NCBI RefSeq assembly: GCF_001949145.1
Contig: NW_019091358.1
Location: forward strand, 1,932,240-1,996,239
Direction: 5' to 3'
Origin: Acanthaster planci
Taxonomy: Eukaryota
DNA length: 64,000 nt
The notes beneath the pieces were generated by a model that saw only the letters and a list, made by a program, of their open reading frames with translations, was not told the origin of the DNA and searched no databases. Below, piece after piece: positions 1 to 11,692 of the stretch. The position numbers and the translations under genes were made by a program. The number at the start of each line of letters is the position of its first letter. Position 1 is the stretch's first letter.

Positions 1-356
1 TTTTTCTCAAATTGCCTAAAGACGCGGGAAAAAGCACCGTAGACTCCAAAAATTACTGTGGGTATGCCCCGATCCCCAAAGACCCCTCAAAGATTGCCTA
101 ATTTGCCAACTCTTCGTATCCGTGACTAAAGTTTGGAGAAATATCGACCATGGTTGGTGCCACATTTTGCTGCACTATTTTGTCGGTGGCATGTTCGGTG
201 TCCTTTCTCTGTGGTTTAAGTCGATGATTGACAAAAGTACGACTATGGCGCTGAAAGAGCAGACCGAAAAGCACAGGGCAGGCAAACGCACCCTTCCAAT
301 CCCTATGCTTTTCTTAAAGGTAGATACACCCTCGACTTTTCGGGTCGGTTGGTGAG

Positions 357-411
357 ACAAAACAACAACAACAATTTACAACAACAACAACAGCAACAAC
401 AACGACAACAA
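357..411. repeat. Imperfect (CAA)n microsatellite
   Basis: Runs of acaacaaca. Confidence 0.9.
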
Positions 412-2801
412 AGATAGCTCAGTTTCTCTCGTGGATTACTGTCATAACGTATAAGTCTAATATTGGGTTCTTCTGATTACTTAGGCATTTCTTTTCAATC
501 AAATCTCAGGGTTTTCACAGATGAAACTGGGTAGTGCTGTACAGAACTTTATTGGCTCCCTATAAACACAATCACCGTATGTAGGGCTTCGTGTGAGGGC
601 CACGGAAAAGGAAGTTCTAAGGGCATGTTTTACTCTTCTGCCCTAAGTCGTCTTTCTTATTTTGCTGCTCTTAGGAAACATCGCATTTGCTGCGAACATT
701 TACTTAAGTGGCCTTTTGTTCGAATGTCCGAAGATGTAGAAAAGCAGGCCTAGCAAGGCGAGCAAAAACCTCTCCGCGGGCGCTATCCGATCAATAGTCG
801 CATCACGAGAGAGTAACAGTTTCGTAAGTCACCGCCGCCGGCTATTTGAATGAGCATCTGAGCCCGCTGCATGTGACGAACCCTGCCGTTTTGCCATTTT
901 CTCGGAGTGGCTTCTGAAGGAGACAATTACTCGTCAGAAGTCGACCGGGCCTTCAAAGGCGGCGTTGAAGGCTCGGGCGAAGATGCACCACTTAAAAAAC
1001 CCACCGCCGTTTACGTGGGCAAACAGCCGGGCAAATATTTTCGTATTGCGGGACAATCATGTGGGATTTTTTTCTTCTCGGGGTGGAAGGAACTTGCCTC
1101 ACGCGCTCCTGGCTATGCAGTTAACAATCGCTTTGGTTCTCCGTGGACCTCGGTGTTGACGGAGTCGAACAATGCCCCAGGACTGTGGCTTTAGCGCGGG
1201 GCAGTAGCAATTCCTTGCCTGCTGATAAATGCATGTTTACCGTAGTTCCACCAACTTCTCGCTCGTGGGGGTACTGCTTGATAAAAGAGGGTGTTTCTCC
1301 CACACAATCGGAGCTGCCAGTTACAGGAAAGAATGCTTCATCCCCGGACAAAACGAATAAGAGTTCCCAGTGACAGGTTGTTAGTCCCTTGAAAGGGGTT
1401 TGTGCACGTAAGTGTATCAATAAACCCACTCTAATTTGTCGTTAATAAAATAACCCCCTGATGGAGTGTTTGGACAGGGTAAATTGGTTTCGCTCACCGC
1501 TGTATTGACAACTACACAAACTTGTTATTTTGTGCGGAACAACTCATCAGCCGATATTTGTAACGCATTTCGGGCGTTGTGTAAAACAACCGTCCGAAAT
1601 TAATTGGCTCAACAGAACAATATGTTTTGGATCTAAACCATTGCCAAGCAAGAGCATAAAAGACTTGTCATGCCCTGCAGTTGAGTTGGCTGGCAACCAT
1701 GGGAATGACCGAGAAGACGACATACCTTGCCAAACGAAACCACTTGAGTTGTATAGCAAACGTTATCGACAAGGGTGGGTTTCAATTCTTAGGGAACATT
1801 AAAATTCAGCTCTGCTATGCCTTTGACTACATTAGAAGAACACAGTCTGAGCAATGTTATTCTGATCCGGCAGAGTGTCACATGAAGAAGGCGAACTAAT
1901 TATGTAATCTGAAAATGAACATTTCGCAACAAGATCTAAAAATACGTAAACTAGGTTTGCACCGTTAACCAACTGGAATGAAATAAACTCTGTTCTTAGT
2001 AAACTATGATAATTTACTGATGTTGGAGAGAACTGCCTTGAAGAGCAGGCAGTATCAAATTTAGCCGAGGAGTCTAGTGAGGACACTGAAGCTCAGTGTC
2101 CGTTTCTGGTGTACGGTGCGGCAAGTGCAAACGCTACGAGGACTGAGGGTGGTAACTTAGAAGGGGTAACGTTAAATCAAGTCTCCGCGTCTGTGTCGTT
2201 TTCCTCCTCGGGCTGTTAGTGGTGTAACTTGGGTGAAAGTTTTCGATGCCTGCCATGCTTTTTAGAAACAGAAAATGTTCTGTTGCATTGAAACTTGGAA
2301 TGAAGTATCTATGTGTCAAAATGGGTACACACATTTTTCTGGGGGGGGAATGAAAGTAAATGAACTGTGTCTTGAACAAAGGGTGCCTACGTTTCAGACT
2401 TGTACTGGAAGGGGGCATTGGATGGCTGAAAATCCGCTGGGGGAGGGGAACGTTCCCTCGCCTTCCTTCCTGTAGTTGCGGCAGTGCTGGCAGTGTTCCA
2501 ATTCGTGGCACACCCTCGATGCCATAAAGAGAAATCCGGAGTTTCATTGGACATTTTCGATGGCACCCTTTAACAGCGGAAAACATCGTGTAATGTTTTG
2601 TACGGAGCGACTTTCACAGAAATGTGATATCATACAGAGTTATCACAATATTAAGCAGCAGTGATATAGCGTTGCCATGGAAACCGGATCCGTGTTCAGT
2701 TTTTAAAATCCAGTAAGACCACCGCGAATGAAAGCCCGAGAATTGGCGGTTCAAAGCCATGGATTAAACTGTGACTGTACCTTCAAAATGTAGCTTTGTA
2801 C

Positions 2802-3118
2802 ATAATTTAAACGTGGTTTTAAGGGCGTTGCTTTTTGTCCTGAATAAAACGACCCCGAAATAATTTAACACCGCAGATACAAGGCGCTCTAGGAGGATAA
2901 ATTTTTCTGAGAAGACGATAAAATGGCCTTCGGTGTGGTTGAGGGGTGTATCCCAGTAGAAAATAGAGGTGTGCGGTTGTAACTATACCAGCCAAATTTC
3001 AAAACATTGACCGGACCTCCCACCCCCATACCCTGTCAGTGTTGTGTCCCATGGTTTGTGCGGCCAGGTAAGGGTGTGGCTATTGACACTTGTCTCAACA
3101 ATTTTGGCCGGGATTGTA
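2802..3118. repeat. Dispersed repeat copy 1 (probable DNA transposon fragment)
   Basis: 2802-3060 aligns by eye with 4070-4326; ends in a TIR-like TTTTGGCCGGGATTGTA. Confidence 0.7.
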
Positions 3119-4069
3119 GAGCATCATGACTGTGATCCATGGTGTGGACTGGTGATCAAGTCTCTGAGAATGCTGCTCTCAGGAACTGATGTTATAATAC
3201 GCTGATTAAAAATCATCTCACTTTCCACGCCGTGATCTTATCTTGAACACGTGTCATGCAGTATTCATTCTACTTACCACCAGTCACAGATTTTATACCA
3301 CTGTAATAAAATAACCTGTCAATTCGACGATAATGAAGTTATGATTTGTTATGAGGTGACCGCTTTTATCTTTACTCTGCAGGGTCTTGACCTTGTGGGT
3401 TGAGCCTTGTCTTGGTCTTTAGGCTTGCGGGTCAAAGTCTCGGTCTTGAGAATCAAAACCTTTGCTCCAACACTGACTTGTACTCTGACATGTGTGAAAT
3501 GGCATAGAGGATGACGTGATCATGTGATATATAAATAAAGTTTACATATTCACTGACAATCCATATGCCATCTTTATCCGAGTTACATTTTGACAATCTG
3601 AACTCGTAAGTTTTTATTGAAAGGATATATAGCTGCAAACATTTTGTTATAATGCAAACCTTCAAAATGCACCTTTCTGTCTCAGTTAACATCACTTCCA
3701 ACTTTTGATTCACTGATTTCAAAGGGTGTGTCGTTGCCTTTTTTGTAAATTTCAGGCTAATGAGTATATACATATTTATGAGCGTAACTGTAACGCTATC
3801 CCGGGAAGAGAGCCTCAGTGTAACACTGGACGGTACAAAAGTGAATGAGAAAATGCAAGTACTGAAACGAAGAACACTGGTGTATTGAATCGACATTTTA
3901 CAAGACTGAAAAAAACGACAACTTAAGGTCTACATCTTGAAAACGGTTATAACATGAGAGAAAAAGTACTTGTTCAACCACAACTTTATAGAGAGTGAAT
4001 TTGCTGTAAAGAAATAAGTTTTCTTTACAGGACAATGCGTCTGAAGAGCTATACGCCACAGATCAGATA

Positions 4070-4326
4070 ATAATTTAAACGTGGTTTTACGTGCGTTGCT
4101 TTTTGTCCTGAATAAAATATAATAACACCGCAGATACAAGGCACCCTCGGAAGATAGTTTTTTTTCTGAGAAGACAGTAAGATGGCCCACAGTGTAGTTG
4201 AGGGGTGTATCCCAGTTGACAATAGAGGCGTGTGGTTGTAGGCCCTAACTATCCCAGCCAAATATCAAAACACTGACCGGACCTCCCTCCCCCATCTCCT
4301 GTCAATGTTGTGTCTCATTGTCTGTG
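4070..4326. repeat. Dispersed repeat copy 2, cut off by the MITE at 4327
   Basis: ATAATTTAAACGTGGTTTTA...CCGCAGATACAAGGC...GAGGGGTGTATCCCAGT...TGACCGGACCTCCC shared with copy 1. Confidence 0.7.
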
Positions 4327-4700
4327 TATGGCGTGCAAAGTTAACATTTAATCCGCGTATACAGATATCTCGATTCTTAATAGAGATATAGCTCTAATAG
4401 AGATATCTCTATTCCTATACTGGAGATATCTATATTCCTATAATAGAGATATCTCTATTCCTAATAAACATATCTCTATTGTACGTCCTGTGTTAATAGA
4501 AATATCTCTATTATGTTTCCGGTCCCGCACACTGGATCAAGGGAAAGGTCATTAAAACGTCACGCACAAAGTTTCACTGAGCCTCATTTTCTGATTTTTA
4601 AGCAGAAAACATCGAGGGCGACCTGCTGACCTCGGAAGCGGGAACATAATAAAGATAACTATATTAGGAATGAAGATATCTCTAGTATCAACAGAGATGT
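4327..4700. mobile_element. Second, right-truncated copy of the TATGGCG MITE
   Basis: Same left TIR and core (ATGTTTCCGGTCCCGCAC...GAGGGCGACCTGCTGACCTCGGAAGC) as 11291-11692. Confidence 0.8.
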
Positions 4701-6599
4701 CAAACGCAAGGGTTACACAGTGTTCCAGGGTAGATTTCTGTGTGAATGGTAATGATGGGGGCATCTCTTAATATCGAAGAAACTTTTGGGTTCTTTTTTG
4801 GTGCCACATTAGTGTGTGCTTGTTATAGCTTGTGAGAGACATCCATTCTGACGTACACAAAAGTTGTTGAATAAGGGTATATACAACTTGATTTGGCTGT
4901 ACAACACTGTCATCGCAATTTTTGAAAGCTTTGGAAGGTTCACTGTACTCTGACACATGTCTTCTCCAGTCAGCACAGTTAATCCATTTTTATAAATGTG
5001 GAGCTTAGGTCTATTAGGTAAAGTAAACGACAAGAGAGAAAAAACTCCACGGAATACAGGTTGTAGTATTGATCATTTAAAAATCTCCCATCGAAAGTGC
5101 CTGCATTGTCGCTACAAACACTGAGGTGTAACACAGTGGACACAACCCTTTCACCAAACCTGATCACCCAGAAGACACTTCCATTACTGCCTCTAAATCC
5201 AGGTGAAAGAGGCTGAAATAATAAATTAGCTTATTTGTTTTGTCGCTGAATGGGGGCCCATTCAATGTAACTGTCAGGAGGAATTGACTGCCAGGCCGGT
5301 TTCGAAAGACAGGATTTAAGGGATGGATTGAGAGGACCCTTGTGTTTGTTCTTCGTGGAGAGGTGAAAGAAAGTCCAAAACTTCTGGCCGTCAGCGTTAA
5401 GAAATGCTGCTTAGAGACCGGGACACCCAAAGACCTAGCCCGTCTTATGATCTAAAGACTCTGGCAAGTGGACCACTCTGATGCGCAATAATCCGATCGA
5501 TTAAGGGGGGAGCCTTTTAGCTCTCAATCTTCGCCCGTCTATCGCTGGGGAAGAAGGTGTGAACCTGGCCACTTTGTGACGGACTCTGTTTTGGCAGCCG
5601 CGCCGGCGCTTTGTTGTGTTCACCGAGGTTTAAGACACTTAGAGATGAATCAACACAATGATAAAAGTCTTTTTCTAGGACATGGGGAAGTTGGAAGGAA
5701 CAAGTGATCGACTACGTGGACCAGAAATCGATAGATTTGTGTTGTTAGTTGTTTTTGCGGATTAGGTTAAAATAAACTGACGGGTGTATTAACCGACTGA
5801 ACCGTTATACTTAACATAAATCCTCCCCCCTTGACTAGACCTCCCCTCAAAAAAAGTACACTCGATGCGAATGGTTTTGTTCGCTCTCTATATAAAGAGA
5901 CGCGTGCCGCAGTTTGCAAAACGAGGTGCTTCATATTTATTGTTTATTCTATCAATTCTTGTACGGTTCGATTTTCAACTTCACATGTCATATCTCTTCA
6001 ACGTTAATGTGATGGCTTGATAGAATAAAGTATAAACATTTAGAACGCACGTTGTTCTACGTGTCTTCTATTTCCGTCTACCATTAAGTACACACACAGT
6101 GCGGTTCCAAATATTATGGGGAGGGTAGATGTCATACACGGAGAGCTAGTGCCGTCAATGTCTGTTTTTCTTAATATGCCTTTAAAATTTTGTCTTTTTT
6201 CAAAATTTCGGGGGGTGACGATTCTTTTTATGTGAGGCGTTGCTTACTCGATTGAACTATTGCATCTCGAACAACAACAATAACTATGCAAGTGCGCCAT
6301 GACCAATCCTACGAAAGCTGTGAGCGAGGCGGCTCGCTCATACTCATCTGCCTCATCTTAGTACATCATCGAAAACCCTACTACATGTATTTGTATTGGA
6401 TCGTCACTCCGCTGAAAAACAGTTCTTACACTCAGGCAAAACTACTGCTTACCAAGCGATATTACACATAGGCCTAGAGCTGTTCAGCAGTTTGCTATGA
6501 TTTTGTACCCTTTGTGCACCAATAATGCAGGAGTTGTGTGAAAATCTTATGTGGACTGAGTCGAGTCCACTCCAGCTCTTTGTCTTACTTTTTTAAAAA

Positions 6600-6641
6600 T
6601 GTTTTAGAGACATTTAAGTGTTTTAGAGACATTTAAGTGTT
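6600..6641. repeat. 19-bp perfect tandem duplication TGTTTTAGAGACATTTAAG x2
   Basis: Read directly from the sequence. Confidence 0.9.
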
Positions 6642-8797
6642 AGATTAGGGCTCCAAAATGAAGAGTAGCAGTCAAGGATACAATAAACTAAATAAACATT
6701 GACAAGTGTTCATATGTCACAAAAAAAAGACAAAAAAGGAGTTTTCCTTTGAATTTCCCTAGAAATTAAAACAAAGCAATGTCATTGCAAGACAATAATG
6801 TAAGAATGCGTGAATGAGAGCGGCCGGGTTCGCCTTTCAAAGGGCCGTCTTTTGTAGATGAATTACCGTCCATTTCAAAGAGTAGCGTCTTGCATCGAGA
6901 CTACAGCCTCATTCATGATCAGCAGTGTAGGGTGGTCCCCTATCTTTGCAGAGCAAAAAAATAGTATGTTATGGAAACACAAAGGCAGTACTGTACGGAG
7001 ACATCCAGCAAAAGTGAGAAGATGTCTCGGGCGTAGGCTTACAGAATAGCGTCGTACCAGCCCTTGACACCTATTTATCTACTAGACTCTCCCTACAGAA
7101 AGGCAGTTTGCGACGTAAGTCTCAGAGCTCTAATAGCTTGAATAGCCCCCTCCCCGCCCCTCCACCTTGATCGCAAGGGGCCCTGGTTTATACTGTATAT
7201 CGTCCGGAGGCAGTTCATGTTGAACATGCACAGACAACCCAAGAGGTGATCACAAAGTGATCTGGGTATGTTTATGCAGGCATCTCCCCGAACTGATGAA
7301 ATCTGTATGCACAACATAAAATTTCATGATGGTTATCCCTCGTTATGAAGCCCCAGTAAATAGTTCAAAACCGCTGTCCAGAGCCGAAACGAAATTGTAC
7401 TCTCTTAATGTATTCTTTCCTTTTAAGCTAGTTTGTGATCTAGGGATGTCAAAACGTATCTTCAAGGGGCACTATTAACGAAGTCATACCAGTTTGAGTG
7501 CCATTCGTAAAGGGACTATGTAATTTAAATATTGTACTAAAATCCTTGAATTTCCACTTTTGTGTTTCAATTGACCTTATCTTCAATTCTTCTTCTTATT
7601 TGCTTTTTATCTATATTTGAGGGTCGTTGTTTTGCTTTTACGTGAATATCAATTTGATTATTCATGGACAAAACTGATGTAATCTGAGAAACTGTTTCAA
7701 TGTTCCATCGATACGTGCACAAAAAAATTCTCGTTTTTTTATACTTCGCGATTCGAGATTTCTATTTCCGTCGGCAATTAATTCTTGTAGTAGTGTATGG
7801 CAATAAGCCGGTGAGCAACCTTTTCAAGCATGTTTTCAAAGAGCATGTTTTAGTTTCTAAATTTGAACTGTGTTTTCCTAAGATTTACATCCACACTAAC
7901 AGTGCCCCCACTTCTCTGGAAAGCTTGGTCAAATTCAAAAGCTTAAAGGGGCACTTTACAGCTCATTTAACTCCAAAAAAGATTTCAGAAGTGTTTCAAC
8001 ACGCACAAAATGTTATTATAAGAAAAGTTTATTGTGTGGATCCTCTAATGGACAGGTAGCTTAAAAACAGCACCATAACAAAGAATTATGTATACTTCGT
8101 GAGAGTAGCCTACATTTTAATTTTGACCAATGCATGTAAAGCCATTCAATACAAAAAATACGCCTGGCGTTTGAAATTGTAATGAATACGGGTCTGCCCT
8201 TTAAAACATACATAAAGGCCAGTTCATGCGCAAAAGGGAACAAAAGTGCGAGCGAATTTGTGACGTCGGAAAAATATTTGGGCTGCAAAGTCGAAAAACT
8301 TGAACTCGGGCGAAATTTTGTTTCGCTGTCACATTCGCCGTAGTTAAAATCGGCCTTTTATCTGCGAATGATCTGCTCATGTTCCAACTATCATTGGTCC
8401 TGTTGATTCACGTCATCGTGCATTTAGGGAAACCGGCAGGGCGGGCTTTGGAATGAAATAAGGACTAACATAAACTGTGACCAAAGGCTGTTTGACCACA
8501 AATTCACGTTTCTTTTTGCTAAGTTCGTGCGAAGTATGAACTGGCCTTCAGGACTGATTATAAAAAGGACCTCAATGGAAATAGCTTCTTTTCTAATCTT
8601 TCTGTGCTGTCCCTGCATTTTCCAGGGATTCGTTTCCTTTTTTCCGTCTGTGTTTTATCTATATATGTTTGTATTTATGTCTTTGTATTGTGCCACCCGA
8701 GTAAGCTTGTGAGGTTTTTTTTCGCAAGCTCTCGGACAAGCACTGAGCATACAGTGTTTATTAATATACGTTGGGTAAGGGCAAACCCGTTATATAT

Positions 8798-9270
8798 AAG
8801 TGCGACATCAGTTAGAACCACAAAGTGTAGTGCAAACGAAATGGAGGGTGAGCGCACTGGTTCACGCACTGGTCTTCGCGCTAATGCCTTTTACACACAC
8901 AAACTGTGCTTGTGACGGATTCACTTCGATACTCTCTCTGCAAACCCGATGAAACGCCATTCCCAGGGGCCATTTTACACTCACGCAACTTTTTCAACCT
9001 GAGTGCACACGCACTTCGGCAATTGACTACTGCTTATTGGTCAAAGAGGAATTTCACGCTCGCGCGTCGCCTGCGAGCGAGCAGGATGGCCCGCAGAAAT
9101 GGCTTCTAATTTTGGTCGTCTGATTCGTCTGCAAAGTACTTAAATGAATACGTCACATACATAATTACGCCTTTTAAAGGCATAAGCAAGAGAACCAATC
9201 CGTGAACCAAAACGCACGCGTACTCCTTTTGTTTGCTCTACCCTTTCTGATTCAAAATAACGTCACACTT
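8798..9270. mobile_element. Old MITE with ~95-bp degenerate terminal inverted repeats
   Basis: 8798-8890 is a diverged reverse complement of 9176-9270 (AAGTG.GAC...GCAAAC.AAA.GGAG...TGGTTCACG...ATGCCTTT). Confidence 0.65.
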
Positions 9271-9455
9271 CGGTACTTTATAATTCAGGATGTATGGCGC
9301 CCTCTATTGGTTCTAATTAGTGCAAGTTGGTTAATATAATGAATTGAAGCTGGTAGTGATGCACTGAAGTGTTGACTGTGGGAAGCACGATCTTAAACTT
9401 CGATAAAATCCATTAATTTGACGAAGTGATACAATTTATACACATGGGCTGTAGG

Positions 9456-9950
9456 CAGAGGTGGTAGCATGTCAATGCATTCCAAAGTTAAGTCACAAGT
9501 AAATTTTTGCGAGTCTAAGCCAAGTCACACGTTAATCCAGTCAAAAGTCAAGTCATTTGATCACATGTCAAATCGAACTCACAACTTCTTTGAAGTCAGT
9601 TTGTTCCAAACACAAGGAAGTTACAAGTCTTTTTGTCCAAGCACAAGTTGAATTGTGTGGCAGACAAGACCGAAGTAGAATTCGCGAGCCGAACGAAGTC
9701 TTACGCTGATTAATTTAAGAATGTTAGGCGAAACTTAACAGGCATACTTTGAAACTTATGGGTTCGATTGAGTCGTTTTATGACTTGCCTTGGTAACAAG
9801 TCATAATGTGCAAGTCTAAGTTAAGTCACAATTTATTTTTTGGAAGTCCAAACCAAGTCACAATTCAAAAACTGATAGTTACAAGTGAAGTCACGAGTCC
9901 CCAAAATAGCGACTCGTGACCAAGTCAAGTGACTCGAGTGTGTAACTCTG
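9456..9950. mobile_element. hAT-like MITE with AAGTC/CAAGTCAC subterminal repeats
   Basis: CAGAG...CTCTG termini, degenerate 8-bp TSD GCTGTAGG/GCTGTGAG, many AAGTCA motifs. Confidence 0.65.
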
Positions 9951-11290
9951 GCTGTGAGTAGATTCAACTCATATCTTGGAGACCTCGTTTCCCCCAAACA
10001 AGGTATATAACTAGTTGGAGTTGTTTGTTGGTAATTGACATTATTTTGACAGCCACTGAAACGACAACAATGCATGAACGAGACCCTCTGTCATGTAGTA
10101 TCACAGTTAATTTTGCTTTCACAAAAACTTTATCCAAAACAACGGAGGCCTAAACGCCCTGGGCTATTTCTAAAAAGTCAGTGTATACTGGGATATGTTT
10201 AGCTGACCACTTAGCGGGTTAGATGTATTAGCGGCAGCCGAGAACGACATTAGCACTAGGCCTAGGTTTACAAGGACAGAGACGCTGAAACAAGACTTGT
10301 GACGACGAGCCCATTTTACAAGCCAAGGATGTTATGACGCCCTCAGACGTTCTTTGAGCGTGACGCCATCCCGTACTTAAAAACTCCACACCTCAAATCG
10401 ATGGTGTCCTACACACTTTTAATGGATCACGTGACAACAGCCATGCCCCAGTTTCTGAAATGTGAAGTGTTACCGTTCTTGAGTAATCTATCGAAAGAGT
10501 GAATATCGATACAGAGTATAGGTTTTGACGGCCTAGAAGGAAGGCAGTATGTAGGGATCTGGGACGGGGTTTGCTTTGAAAAGGGAATAATTGAGCAGTT
10601 GATTTATGAGATGTGTGCCCTTTTCTTAGTTTCCTTTTATAGGCTCTTTTGAGATCCAAGTGGAGAGGACATTTTCATAAGCACAGGGGCTTGTAAAGTG
10701 CTTGACACCGATGTCTCGCTGCGATCGTGACACTGCTGATCATCCCGGTCGGTACAGCTTAGTGCAGCGGTTTAGAAAAGAACAGTCAATCAGCCTGTCT
10801 GGCTCAAAGTGCTCATTTACACTCAAGGAAAAAGCGACCGTTATTGTAGTGTCCAAGCCTCATGAATTGCACCGTGGTTCTAAGTCCCATTTCCGCCGCA
10901 CTGTCATTAGTTAGACCCGCCCACCAAATCATGACGCAGTCATGGGAGGAAAAACGTAAACGTGGAGGAAGGAAAATGTCCAAAAATGGAATTATGGTTG
11001 GGGTGGGGAGATTTGACAAAAACATGCATGGGTTCGAATATATTTAACCTGCTGTTGCAATTAAAGGTTGATCATGTGGGGGTTAAACGATATCAAAGTT
11101 GTGACGGTTATGGAGCCTTTGAAACAAACTTTGAAGTTTTATTCACTTTTAGTTATTTATCTCAGCTTTACAATGTTTTCAAAGGTTTTAGATTTCTATT
11201 TACCCTTGCTAAATCAGTCGTACAAGCACCTTATCTTTAGTCTTAAGCTAATCACACCTTAGCTCACTCTGCAATAACTCTTCGAAGATA

Positions 11291-11692
11291 TATGGCGGGC
11301 AAAGTTAACCTTTTAATCTGCGTATACAGAAACATAATCTCTATTCCTAATAAAGATATCTGTATTATGAGTAGAGATATCTCAGTACGTCCCATTTTAA
11401 TAGAAATATCGCTATTATGTTTCCGGTCCCGCACCCTGGGTCAACGGAAAGTTCATTGTAACGTCACGCACAACGTTTCACTGAACCTCAAGGCAATAGA
11501 TCTTTAAACAGAAAACGTCGAGGGCGACCTGCTGACCTCGGAAGCAGGAACATAACAGAGATAACTCTATTAGGAATAGAGATCTCTATTAATAATAGAG
11601 ACATTTCTATTCCGGGAATAAATGTTAACTTGGCACGTCTGGAAATAGAAATATCTGTATACACGGATTAAATGTTAACTTGGCACGCCATA
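11291..11692. mobile_element. MITE with ~40-bp TIRs (TATGGCG...CGCCATA) and 6-bp TSD AAGATA
   Basis: Left TATGGCGGGCAAAGTTAACCTTTTAATCTGCGTATACAGA versus right TCTGTATACACGGATTAAATGTTAACTTGGCACGCCATA; AAGATA at 11285-11290 and 11693-11698; internal AGAGATATCTCT palindromic repeats. Confidence 0.85.

Noticed and set aside
2671..2684. RFX X-box-like GTTGCCATGGAAAC
   Set aside because: Single short motif next to transposon-derived sequence, with no linked TSS.
9295..9310. CTCF-like motif (reverse complement CCAATAGAGGGCGCCA)
   Set aside because: Isolated motif beside a MITE; cannot be supported from sequence alone.
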